This document shows, in pieces, positions 38,501-51,600 of a DNA stretch of 64,000 bases. A program made the translations under genes and the position numbers. How positions within the stretch are numbered: position 1 is the first letter of the stretch; each line of letters opens with the position of its first letter. This DNA comes from Circinaria calcarea (Eukaryota). Under the pieces are notes generated by a model. The model did not search any database. It was not told the DNA's origin and was given only the letters and a program-made list of their open reading frames with translations. The stretch lies in contig JAVECS010000001.1 of NCBI GenBank assembly GCA_051942165.1, positions 1 through 64,000 on the forward strand, written 5' to 3'.

Positions 38501-39963
38501 TGATATCCATACTATGCTCAGTGCGTCTCTGCTTCCAGAATAGGCCTTCATTGTCACATGTGCGAGAGATAAGCGCCTTTCCGCTGACATTACGGACGAT
38601 TTTCTTAATCGCCCCGTCGTGTCCTGTCCATAGAGCCCTCTGACGCAGGCGTGCCTGTCTCGGAGATGGGTCGAATATCTCATCGATCCGGGCTTCCAGC
38701 CACTCTATCCAACCATCGAAATGATGCACTAACAAGGTGTAGGTGTCGCTAGGCTCCTCGCCAACAAAACCTAGGAACTGGACGAACGAGTGCTTGGCAG
38801 CCGTTGTCCTTGATGATAAAGCATTGAAATTCTCAACATGCGCAATGTTAGAAATATCGTTGTTGCCTCTTGTCTTACTACCTACGTTCTCGAGAGCCCA
38901 TGCACACATATGCCCCTTATTATCAAGCACAACGCAAACCTCAGGATTTCGTTGCGCAATCTCAGCCAAATGATCTAGAACATGATGCTGATCCTTCTCG
39001 CTAGCCGCTGTCACTTTAGCTCTTTCAATACCACACTGGAAATCCCTGTGGTCGATCATGAACACGAAACGAGCACTCAATTGATCCGACGGGCCAAGAT
39101 GTCTCGGCTGTATGGACATTTGCGTATCAATCTCTGTCCATAGCTGGAAGACCTGTAACCCATGTGGGTCTGTCGTAGCCCAGATCCTGATCTTGCTATC
39201 CGTACATAATGTGTAAAGCACGTTCGTTGCATGCTGCTCTTGATCAACAGATCTGCGCCAATGCATCCCAGTCACAATTGATGGGTGAGGGAGATAGCTG
39301 GAATCGAAACGGACGTCGTCCGATCCAAACGACAATCTTCTCCAAACCTTCACCAAACGATCGTACTTTGCCCTGGAAGCTATGAGACTGGCATCGAACG
39401 AAAATAGCGCAGAGGCCACCGGGCTGGATAATAATCTGCTCCAGATCAGGGTTTCCTTCGCCGTCGTCTGAAATAGACGGAGGGTAGATGAGCCCACGAG
39501 CAGCTCTTCCGATGTTCCCCATGACAGCGCACAGGAGTCTCGACCGACATCTTCGATTTCAAAGGTGTGTTGGAGAGACCACTATATCCTTGTTCAGAAT
39601 AAGAGAGGTGATAGGACTGAACATTGAAGCTACCTTTAAGGCCCGTTCAGACTCTCCGTAAGGCCGATAGATGTACACCGTTGTCCCCGAACATGTTGCT
39701 ATCTTTCCGGTAGCTTCGTCAATCGCGACAGCATCCAAAGCATCGGAATTTTCATGGTATATGGTCTGGATCAGGTCGTGAGGCCCACCAAGAATGATCA
39801 AGGCATTGCCTGAGATGTACACCTAAGGACGGTCTACCGTTAGCCTTGAAAGGTAAGCCTCCAGACGTAGATGCTTACTGACTACAAGGCGTTTCCTAAT
39901 CCACTGTGTCGTGCAGACAGCTTGTAGTTTCGCCTGTGGCTTGCCTGGTAGTATTGCTCGCAT
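35594..39963 (-). CDS. RAV1: RAVE complex subunit Rav1 (WD40 / rabconnectin-3a-like V-ATPase assembly factor)
   Basis: Eight-exon model starting MRAILPGKPQAKLQ. WD40 repeats, LNGPLPVYHPQFL, RSLDENAMRY, ALKNAYALLGKRRF, C-terminal EEPDASSLLDSFGF. Confidence 0.92.
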
Positions 39964-40667
39964 AGGAATGAAGTGTAATGTTCAAGTCAGCTTTATGATG
40001 GGCATATCCTTGTGGCAGTCATTTCATGCCAACATTGCGAGCGGGGAGAAGATGTCTTATTTATCGATTAAGGTCAATGGAATGAATGAATTCCTGGCAC
40101 GCGTCATGGACGTCGAGTGATCTGCACCTAGCGAGTCTATAAAAGCGGCATGAAGTACCTTCCCCCTTGGGCTTCCATTGTTTTCAATCGAGGAGAGTTG
40201 AAATGTCTAGTTTGAAGCCTGCCTTACTGATCCACAATAATCCATATATCTCTAGTAAGAATGAGAAATCATCTTCTCCATATCTCCTATGGTGAGAGAG
40301 TAGCCTTACTTGCGAGCTCTGCTATATTTAACTATACTTGATGCGCCATGGAATTGTAGGGCGGTTTATCCAACGAATGATCATAGATCCATACTGAAAA
40401 TGGTGTGCATGAAAGGTGCTCGGTATGGACTCGATCGAGAATCGAAAGACCTTGGGTACTGCTAGGAAAAACGGGAGGTAGAACTTGACCATTTGTAGAT
40501 GCAACAGCACTGGTCGAGGGCTCGATTGATAAATGCAATATTCCATTTGACCCAACATATCCAAACCTCGCACCATCCAGGGTATCATTAAATCACCAGC
40601 CGGAAACACCTCCAAAATCCAAGCCAATGCTCCAAGCATCAAGCTAGGATGCATTCCCGCATCGCCA

Positions 40668-43600
40668 TCACCGTGACCCAAGCGTACTCGACCCTTCAGG
40701 GATATCCTCGAAAGCCCCTTTCCTCCCAGCTCCCATTGATCTCGCAAAGTCAGATCTCCCAGGTCCTGCTCGTCCCTCACCCCGTGGATCAGTGGCAGCT
40801 TGCATCCTCAACCTCCGCTGAAACGGCGTTGCCGTGCCCAATGGCGTAGCAGGCGTAGTCGACGGAAGTTTCACCAACGCTCTCGCCCTAGCAGCCCTTT
40901 TCGACGGCGTACTCAGATACCCTGGCAGCGGTGTCTCACTAGTTTGAGCTTCTAACGCAGGGATCCAGTCGCTGAGCTCGAAATCATCATCGAAAGCAGT
41001 CCAGCCCTCATTCGAGCGTGCCATCATGACTTCTTCGTCGCCTACTTTATCCGTGCTAAGACCGAAACGTCTGGACCCGGTAGTGCGGACTAAATCTTGA
41101 GAGGGCTGGCCACGCCTCCGAGCTGTTTTTTCACGCCAGATACGGAGAAGATTACGGTAATAACGTTTCTCGTTGGATTGATTTAGTGAGATTGCAGTTT
41201 CTTTGCGGCTATGAAGTTCCAAAACTTTGAGTCGTAGCGCTCGAAGGCTTTCGTATGCAGTTTTGGAGACGTGAAGGCGAGCATATAAATAGCCTTGCTT
41301 CTGCATCTGTTGATGGGCTGTGAAGCGGTTTACCCAGAGCTGAATATGTTCATGAAGCAGACTTTCTGCGTATTGTTTATCCACTTGATAGGTTCGCTCA
41401 ATCAAGTGATTCGCTCCCCCTCTCCACCGATCGAACAGAGCAGTCCCGTATGCCAACGTACGCCTTTGATTGGCATTTTCCGCTGCTTGGTTTAATTGAG
41501 ATATAAGGCTGCTGTAGTTGCGCCAGTTCTCAATCACTTTTCGGGCAAGGTTTATCTTGACTCGTCGCCTTACACTGGAGTAGGCTTCTCGACGCTTTTG
41601 CTTCTGACTCTCAGCTATCGCGACATGCCAGCGCTTGAATGTTCTTGAAGCACGAAAGTAAAAGGCAGCATCTCTTGCCCAGCTCGCTAGTTTTCGAATA
41701 TGAGCAGATTGTTTTTTCCATATCTGTAGAGCATCTTGTGTAACGCGCGGAGCATTGTACTCATGAGCAAGCTGCTTTTGCTGGTTGCATGAGTAAGCTT
41801 GTGTACGCCACTGCGCGATAACAGAGGCCATGCATCGTCGGCTGTGCCCAGCCTGGATGACTTGAATGCTGGTTTCCTGGTGACGGCTAAGAAGTTTCCA
41901 ATGCCCAACGACCTTTTTAAAGAACCTCTGCTTCACTCGTTTTTGATGGAGACGTTTTAAGAGTGTATATCGTTCCGCCAGAACCCACCTGTAAAGAGCC
42001 TGTGTTAACAAACGCTCATCTATCTGACGGGCGAGGGTCTGCCAGCGCAATCGATCATTCCAGTCAGTCCATGCGTTCCTGAGGATCCGTAATTGGCTAA
42101 CCGTTTCTGCCCGGCGTTCAAGGGTGAATCTTCGCAGGAGAGTATAGAAGGTTGAATAAGCTATCCTCCAGTCAACCATACTGGAGATGCGCCGCGCGAG
42201 AGGCAAATATTGAAATTGCAGCTGCCAGATAGGCAAATGGCATGCGAGGAGCCTCCGGTATCTAACCTGCTCCGCCTGATGATTGTAAAAGTTCATTATA
42301 CGGAACTTCTCGAGCCATTTTTGCAGACATTGCCTTTGCAGATCAGTGCTGCGACAAATTGTGATTTCAACGTCTTGCTGGCGAATAGAGTAAGTCCTTG
42401 CCTGCCACTTTAGCAAGTATTGTCTCTTCAGATGTGTATCTCCCCATGCAGGAGCACGTCGCTCGCAAAAATTCCAGAACCATCTCCAGTAGATGGAGTT
42501 GGCAAGCTTACTTTCATAGACAACTATTGCCTTGCTTTCCGCCGCCAGTACCAGTTCATGGCGCCCCTTCCAGAGAGGGAAAAATTTTCGTAATCCTTGA
42601 CGGCGTATTTTGAGGTCATTGACAGCCGTGATGTCCCGCCAAGCATTGAAATACCTCGTCCTTAAAATATGCCGTCTCGCAACAGATGTCCGTTCAACCT
42701 CCTCAGATGCGCACTGCGCCCAATGCGTAAATGCTTTGGTAAGCAAGTAGACGTCTCTTGCCCTCGTAGCTCTCCGACCTAGAGCATCGAAGAAGCGCTC
42801 GGTTTCTCGAGTTTGACGACTGGTAAGGAATACAAGTCGCCACTGCTCAAAAGCTTGGCGACGGAGTACATCAACGTCGCGAGATACTGCTTTGTCGGTC
42901 ATCTTCTGATGATCCCTTCGCATACGTAGAGCTGCTTCAAGCCACGTCCAAATAACATCACCAGCAACGCACCGGATGTGGGTATCTCGAAACGTATCTG
43001 CATCTTGCAACAGTTGTGTTAATGAAGGGCGGTATAGAAACTCTGATGGCGCCAGCACGTATGGAGCTTTCATGACCTGGGCTGCAGGTTTCGGGGGGGT
43101 CTCATTTATGCTACTGCTATTTACTTGTGAAGGCACTCCGCCTAGTGGTTGAGTGACAACTGTGCGGGTCGATGCATTACGATTAGAGATCTGCGGACTG
43201 CCATGACTCGATACAGATTCACGTCTTCGTGGATGATGCTGATGGATACTGGCAAATTGTGCTGCGGTCAGCCTGGTTCGGGTGTCTGCCAAAGTGTTTG
43301 AGATGGGGTGCGCGACCTGGGAATGGATTCTTTCCGTCGGCCGTGTGGTCGCCCTCGTCGATGGCCGGTTCTCGTGCATAGTCCTCGTAACATCCTGCAG
43401 TCGCGAGAGGGAAGCCCTGGAATCATTTCTATGTCGACTAACTCTAGGACTGTCCTCATCCGGCTTTCGCAGAGAGCTGAAAGAAGCCCGCCGAGAGCGC
43501 CGAGAGCCATTGGATTGCTGTGGTGTTGATATGTGTTCGATCGGTACCGCATCGCTGAAATCCAGCCTTCCTGTAAAATCTCCCTCCTCATCGAATTGCA

Positions 43601-43954
43601 GCTGGATTCCAAGCTCGGCCAGAGACTCCAAAAATGTCTCATACAACGAATGTTTGACGTCGTGACTCTCGCCGAGTCTGAGTAAGAAGCGAAAGTAAAC
43701 TTGATCGCGGTTGGGATCCAGGCCATATCGCGCAAGAACGATATCGTAAGCTGTAAATATAGCTTTGAATGGCAGAGTTTCAGCGCTTTCCGATTGCTCA
43801 GCGGAAGTGATAATTTCATAGAGGATATTGACATCTAGGAGGTAATGTCAGCAGTCACCCATCATCTCCGAATGAGTGACGCGCCTTGGTTCGAGAGCGG
43901 AGACAAGTCTTCCCCGTGGGTACTGTGTTCAACTGGAGGGGAGGATGGAGGCAT
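40668..43954 (-). CDS. SFI1: Sfi1 spindle-pole-body protein (centrin-binding Trp repeats)
   Basis: Exon 1 43954-43885 and exon 2 43834-40668 (GC-AG intron). N-terminal LPFKAIFTAYDIVL...DQVYFRFL followed by many F/LxxW repeats (KAFTHW, RYFNAW, QALYRW, RTFKRW). Confidence 0.88.
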
Positions 43955-44389
43955 CTATTCCTCCTACCACGCTTTCTGTAAGGCATGAAGGAGGATCAAT
44001 TGTTGGAAAGGTAGCAATGCAGCAATGGCAAGCCAATTCGCAGGTCTGCATAATGTGTCGATACTCCCCAAGAATAATAACATGCGCAATGATTCTGTAT
44101 AACTTCCCTCCTCTCTCCGCAACTTTTGTATGTTGATGTTCCAAACGCGGTCGCCAAATGCAGTAACGGGTCAGTGCGGTTGTCGTTGTGATTGAGTTAA
44201 GCGGCGTCTGCGGGATGCATCGAAGCTAATACATCGAAGCTAACTGTATCTAGATTAACCCTTGTCTACCTAGCTACTACTGTGGTAGGCATCTCTTCTA
44301 TAATGCATTCGAGGTGAGTCCAGAGATCTTACAGTACTAGGGATACGGAAAAGGGGCCAAGCTCAGATTAGTTTACTTAAAGACTTGCA

Positions 44390-44674
44390 ATGGCCAGTCG
44401 GACGCGGCCAATCGAGAAATTCGCACAAGCTGTTGCCAAATGCTCAAGCGAGGCACGTCGATGCATCCTCAAGATCTCTCCTCTATAACTGCTAACAATA
44501 ATTGTGCTAGGCGTCGGCATATGGCAAGTGTATCGTCGCAGACTACAATTACGTACACAAGGATAAATGCCTTGCGGATTTTCTCCGGCTGAAGGACTGC
44601 TACATTGTCTGTTAGCTACCTTCACATTAGTGTTACGTACTGACAGCGAACAGGCTGCTGCAAAGCGGAAATAA
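44390..44674 (+). CDS. 59-aa twin-CX9C mitochondrial protein, NDUFAF8-like complex I assembly factor
   Basis: Exons 44390-44452, 44511-44606, 44654-44674 give MASRTRPIEKFAQAVAKCSSEASAYGKCIVADYNYVHKDKCLADFLRLKDCYIAAAKRK, with two exact CX9C motifs. Branch sites GCTAAC and ACTGAC. Confidence 0.88.
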
Positions 44675-44870
44675 TGGTGGGAGAAGAATATAGATTGGCA
44701 TCGCTCTAAACGGACATCCTAATCTAGCATCTAAAGGCTCTATAAAATCCCAACCCTTTGATCATTGCGCTAAGGCGTCGTTTATCATGATTTTCATTGA
44801 TTTCGCAACTTTCGAATTTCTTTCGCCACCTGAATCAACGCTCGGGTATTACGGAAGAACGAATGTGCAA

Positions 44871-47800
44871 TCAAAGTTTCACCAGCCGCAACAAAAATTT
44901 AGCCTTCTGCACTTCCTGTTCCTCTTCCGCGATCACGACGTCCACATCACCATTAGGAATCTTGCCTTCCAAGGCTGTGACAATATGCTTATCCAATGGA
45001 CGACGTAAAGCCTTTTCGAAAGCTTTACCGTGGTTTTCAAAAACATCCTCGATACCTACATTCCCAGGATCACTCAGAACCCTGTACTCCATCTTCACAT
45101 CATCTGTCGGCATAAGCTTGGCTTTCTTGCGAAGTTGCTGTACTCTGTTGATGACTTCGCGAGCCAGCCCTTCCTTGGCGAGTTCAGGGTAGATGGTTGC
45201 ATCTAGGATAATCAGGACATCATTATCTGTATTTGTCTCCAGTGAATTTGATGACTCGTCTTCTTTCAACCCTCTTTTGACGAGGAGATCCGCTTCGAGA
45301 AGTTCCAATCCTTCCACGACCATACTCCTCTCCCGAACAAAGCGGCGCACATCATCGCTAGTTAGATTTGGTAATGCCTTTTTAACCTTCTGGCCATCCT
45401 TCTTCAGCTTTTTGCCTAGGGTAGGCCAATCAGCCGTAACGCTGTATTGTACATTGTATTTTGTCTCATCAGAAGACAGGATGAGCTCATGAACGTTAAG
45501 CTCTTCGCAGATTGCTCCTTCAAGAGAAGAAACATCGTCAAGATAAGTCTGGTCAGGGTGTATTACAACCAAGGTTTTGAGCGGTTGCTTGAGGCCGATG
45601 GTTCTTCGTTCTCGCGAAACACGTCCAAGTTCTATAACGCGTTGCATACGGCCAACTCGTCTCTCTACATCCTCGTCGAAGAGCTCTTCCCGAACTTCTG
45701 GAAAGGGAAGGAAATGGACGCTGCGTGAATCTTTTCCTTGCAGCGACTTGGGTAAGTGTGGGGCAATACGCAGGTATATATTGTCGGTCAGAAAAGGCGT
45801 GAATGGTGCGAGACCACGAACCAAGGTATACAGGACTTCGAAGAGGGTATTAAGGGCGTGCATCGTGTCCTCCATGCCCAGTTCGCCTTTGAGGCGTCGC
45901 CTGTTGAACCGAATATACCAGTTCGTCATGTTATCGATTTGGCCCAACAATTTGGGCACGACCGTATAGAGTCTGTATGCCGCCATTTCTTCGTTCACAA
46001 ACTTAAGGAGACTTTGGCAACTCGCCAATATCCATCTGTCCATGACGTTTCGGTTGCCCGACCCAGCCTCAGGATCGAATATGAAGTCGATATCTTCAAC
46101 CTTCTTTAGCAACAAGACTTGATCGGCAAAGAACTTGTAGCTGTTCCACAGTGGTAAGAGAACTTTTGCCACTATTTCCTTAACACCAGACTCCTTGAAA
46201 CGGAGAGTTTCTGCACGCACAACTGGCGAGTTGATCAGGTACAGCCGAAGCGCGTCAGACCCGTATTTCGAGATGACCAGAGATGGGTCGGGATAATTTT
46301 TGAGTCGTTTTGACATCTTCTTTCCATCCTCTGCTAGTACATGGCCATTCACAATGCAGTTCTTGAAGGGGAGAACACCTTTCAGATGGACGCCGAGCAC
46401 GGTGAGCGTATAAAACCAGCCACGTGTTTGATCAATACCTTCACCGATAAAATCCCCAGGAAATGAGGACTCGAAAGCGTCCTTGTTTTCAAACGGATAA
46501 TGCGTTGATGCGTATGGCATACTACCAGACTCAAACCAGCAGTCAAACACTTCCTCAACGCGGCGAAGTGTACCTTTCCCCTGTTTGCTGGGAATGGTTA
46601 TACCATCCACTTTGTCTCGATGAAGATCAGAAAGGTCACCCTCAAAGCCACTCAATGTTTTCAGTTCATCCACGCTACCAATGCAAACGATCTCTTTCAA
46701 ATCATCACTTGCCCACAATGGGATTGGAGTACCCCAGTATCGGTTTCTCGACACATTCCAATCCCGTGCATTTGCAATCCAGTTTGCAAATCGCTTCTCT
46801 TTGACAGCTGTAGGGACCCAATGAGATTTCTCGATACTCTCCAGCATTTGTGGGATGATCTGCGGAACCTTAACGAACCAAGCGGGCACGGCGCGATAAA
46901 TTAGAGGCGTATCCGAGCGCGGACAGAAGGGATAACTGTGAGTTATCTGGCCATCGACAATAAGACGGCCAGTTCCTTTCAGGTATTTTATGATAGCTTT
47001 ATCTGCGGCCTTAACGTGCTGACCAGCGAAATCTCGGACTTCTGATGTGAAGCATCCTTGTTCATCCACTGGATTCGGAGGCCGTCTCTTATCATTTATT
47101 ACACCTGCTTTAAAGGCAACATTGTAGTCCTCTTCACCGAAAGCCGGTGATTGATGGACAATGCCAACCCCGCTGTCAGAGGTCACATAGGTAGCATTGA
47201 AAACTCGAAAGCCGACATCCCTGAACTCCTCGTAGAAATAGTCAAACAGAGGCTCGTAAGTCCAGCCGAGCATGCTACTACCCTTAAATCGTTCGACTAC
47301 GCTGAATCTGGCCTTCTTGGGGTCTTTGTACAGTGTTTTTATTAGATTCTCCATTAACACATAGTAATTCCCGGACTGTTCATCCTTGATCTTAACGTAG
47401 TCAAAGTCCGGATGTACAGCAAGGCTGGTATGCGCTGGCAATGTCCAAGGTGTTGTCGTCCAGGCAAGAAGGCATGTCTGCGGATCTTTAAGTAGCGGGA
47501 ATGTCACCACTACCGCAGGATCTTGGGTATCTTTATAATTCTCTTGCGCTTCAAAGTTACTCAGGGGAGTATTCAAGGCGGTGGAGTAGGGCATAACCCT
47601 ATAGCCTTGATAGACGACGTTTTTGTCGAATAACTGCTTGAAGACCCACCACACTGACTCCATAAAGGTAGTGTCCATGGTCTTGATTATCAAGTCAGTG
47701 AGACTTGATCACGATTATCAGAGGACCATTCTGAGCCACTTTACCTTGTAATCATTGTCAAAGTCGATCCAACGACCAAGACGCTCAATCGTCAGTCTCC

Positions 47801-48173
47801 ATTCACTGGAGAATCTCATGACAATAGCACGACACTCCGCATTGTACTTGTCGATGCCCAGTTTCAAGACTGCCTGCTTTCCCGAGATACCCAGTTTTTT
47901 GTCGATTTCATGCTCTATAGGCAAACCATGTGTATCCCAGCCAAAGCGGCGTTCTACATAGCGACCCTTCATGGACCAGTACCTGGGAATGATATCTTTG
48001 ATTGTGGAGGTGAGTAAGTGGCCGTAATGGGGTAGACCGGTTGCGAAAGGAGGCCCATCGTAGAAAGTATATGCCTTTCTCCCCCGTGAAAGTTCTACCT
48101 GTCTCTCAAATGCATTGATCTCCTTCCACCCTCTTAAGACCTGCTCCTCCTCTTTGGGAAAATCTATAGACAT
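44871..48173 (-). CDS. ILS1: Isoleucyl-tRNA synthetase, cytoplasmic
   Basis: Exons 48173-47745 and 47681-44871. Motifs [15 protein letters not shown] (HIGH), [42 protein letters not shown]. Confidence 0.97.
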
Positions 48174-48606
48174 GGTTCACGCTATGCAGGTGACTCACTA
48201 CCAAAGAAAGAACAATTTATGGACCGAAGTGGATCAACTTGAAGGTATTGCTGCAATGCATCAAGTATCACAGACGAACACGCACAACCGCACAGGTATA
48301 CCAGAGACCCTTCGAAGATCCTGCGTTTGCTCTAGAGTATTTGGGGTTTTGCACGCTGCGACATTGGGTGGAGTAGATATTGGGAACGGGAGCGGTGGAG
48401 TCATCTACTCGCCTCGGGGAGGCTAGCAGCCCTACGAAAGAAGCTAGAATTTCGAGATTCATTAGCGCCAAAGCCTAATACCGGTAATCCCGCTTAGCGA
48501 GTGCCTTATGTACGTCGACGTACTTGATAGACGCCCCCCTTGAGCCCTTGTACGCGATGGAGGACTCTCCCACAACGTGATCGAGGCGTGCTCTGAACAG
48601 GTCGGT

Positions 48607-51600
48607 ATGGAAGATCATGGCGGAGAGAGTCAAAAACTGCCAGCTCCACCTCCGCGCCTTTTCGAACGTCTTGCGCAGCTCTCTGGCTACACATGGGATC
48701 AATCGACTCAACCGTTCCACTCAGTAAGTGCACCCCTTCCAATGTACCATACCTGTTGCACATGTGCTAATCTACATGCTACAGTCATATGATAACTGGC
48801 ATGTTTTTGGCCTCCATCACTCGCAAGAACGGCCATCAATACCAATCGATTCCGTCCAAGGCTCCCCACTGCTTGGGCCCGCTACCAAAGCCGCTTCAAG
48901 CTATCGGGATGCGAGTACCAATGACACCGCCAGTGATACTTCAGGCCTGAGGCATGTGTCCGAACCGACATACACCCCAATTGTGGCTCGAATTTCGACC
49001 CACGCTCTACGACTCGAACGGGAATACCACTTGTGTAAATCACTCGTCCAAACTTCGGACCCAACGTGCGCTCACACGGTACGGCCGATTGAGCTCATCA
49101 AGCTTCCAAGCCAGCAAGGTGATTCCGGCGCAATCGTTGTTTCGATCTTTGAATCGCCCAGTCGCAACTATTTACAGGAGCTCGTGGATTTTGGACCTGC
49201 TTTCCCAGATCATAGGAACCCAAATCATCAACAACAGGATGACGAACTGGGCGATTTCAGAAACCCGCGGGAACAATTTTCCTTGTCTCTGTTCCTTGAC
49301 TTCGCCATCGGTGCAAGTGAATCCTTGGAGTTACTACATCATGGTTTGAAGGTTGTCCATGGAGAGCTCCGGGTCGATGCCTTCCATTTCAACCAAGAAA
49401 CGGGTGTAGTGAAATTGATCAACTTTGGTTCTGGACCACGATCCTTTGAAAACGGGCTGACCAGTGCCGGGTGGCTGAGCTTATCTCGGGAGGTAGGAAT
49501 AAAGAAGAAATTGCAATTTATCGCGCCAGAGCAAACTGGTCGTATGCCGGCCGAGCCAGACAGCCGTACGGATATCTATAGCTTAGGCGTCTTGTTCTGG
49601 ACCATGCTTACTCAAGAGCCGGCGTTCGATGGAGAGACGCCGATAGATATTGTGCAAAGTGTTCTCAGCCGAAGAATACCTCCAGTGGCATCAAAACGTA
49701 TGGATATCCCAGACGTCATCTCCAGTATAATTGAAAAAATGACCCGAAAACAAATCGACGAGAGATATCACTCCACAAGCGGTCTGAAGTATGATTTGGC
49801 AGAAGTACAGAGAATACTAATGAATGGGGATGGGGATGCCCTACAAAAGTTTAAAATCGGGACGCGAGACGTTTCTTCATTCTTCGTGCTTCCTACCGCA
49901 ATATTTGGTAGAGATGAGCAACGCGAAAGCATTGTACGAATCATTGAGAAAGTATCAAGACGCCAAACGACAACGACTTTACCCAAGCCGGGGACATATC
50001 ATCTCAGTTCCACATCATCAACCTCGGATGGTCGCCCCCGAAGTCTGGATGAGAACATAAGCGACTCCGGCTCGCAGCCTGCAGAAACAGTGACAGAACC
50101 ATCCTTTCTAGGAGCGGCAAACAACGTCCACTTGGATTCCCAAGATTCGATGGAAAGTGTCAATACTGTAAACGGCCCTTCGCCTGAAGCCCACGAAAGT
50201 AGAGAGTCTCTGATTTCTAGTTCTGTCAATCGACCTCCACCACTTTTTAGTGAGAGTAACGATTCGTTGAATGAACCCTTAAACAACGGTGATGCAATGT
50301 CTACATCGAACACAGATGGTGTAGGAGCTGGCCCTCGGGAATCCATTACTAGCAGCGCGCAGAAAGATACTCTCGCAGTACCAAGACGAGTTGGTAGCCG
50401 GAAGTTCCACAGAAAAGGTCGCTGCGAGGTTATCGAGATCGTAGGGGCCGCTGGCGTCGGCAAATCGTCGCTAGTCCAAAGTGTTCAGGGAGAGATAAGA
50501 CGACTTGGCTATTTTGCCAGCGGAAAGTTCGATGATGCACAAAAGGCCCCATTCGAACCTGTGCTCCGCGTTCTCAGTTCTCTATTTCGCCAAATATTTT
50601 CGGAGAGCGATGTCAACACTGAATATCATAACCGCCTTCGCCAGAGTTTCAAGGGGATATGGCCCTCGTTATGTAGGATGCTAGACTTACCTAACAACCT
50701 GATATATGAAACTGGCGAACCTAGCCATCTCAAGTCCACTTCCGGTATTTCCCAATTAGGGCCTAAGAGAGCGAGCAAAGCAGAGACACTTGATACTTCA
50801 TCGAAGAGTACCCACAGCGGCGTTTCAGGTGGGCCGTTATCTATGAGGCAACCCAGGGGAGCTGCTACAGCCCAGTCTATGAGGTTTATGAACACTTTTC
50901 TAGACGTCCTACGGATTCTCACATCTGGGAAGTTAATCTGTTTGTGTCTTGACGACGTAAGTTAGAAATATCTTTACGAAGCGGGGTTTCGTTGATGTCT
51001 CGCAGCTTCATTTTGCCGACAATGAGAGCATTGATTTGATTACGAATATAATTCTAGGCAAGCTCAGAATCGTATTGATGGTACGAACAAGTCTGGCCCA
51101 ATGGAGGCTCAGCCAACAGGTGCTAATTGCGTCGAAAGATTACTTGCCGCCATGATGAGGTTCTCCCAAGCAAGGTGAAAGCTGCATTGGATAGCGCTCA
51201 AGCTAACCTTACGAAGTTGGAGCTTGCCAACTTGAGTGAGAATGAAGTTGTCAGTTATATATCCGCAACATTGTATCGGCCCGCAGAGTATGTATTTCCC
51301 TTAGCAGCCGTCGCACTTGAGAAGACAATGGGGAACCCTTTCTACTTGCGTCAGATGCTTGAAGTATGCCATCAGAAAAATTGTGTGTGGTATTCCTGGA
51401 AAGAGTGAGTCAACCTCTGAATTAGTCAAGTGGAGGATAGGTATAATGACAAAATTACCAGCTCGTTGTGGCATTTCGATCTAGATAGAATGTTTGCCGA
51501 GTTTGAAACAGAAACTTATGGACAACAGCTCAATACGGGCTTCATCACCAGAAGGCTGCAGGAACAACTTCCGCCCTTAGCTCGCTCTATACTGGCCTGG

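Noticed and set aside
44871..44882. IleRS C-terminus ...VKL as a peroxisomal PTS1
   Set aside because: Not the canonical (S/A/C)(K/R/H)(L/M) pattern, and no other support.
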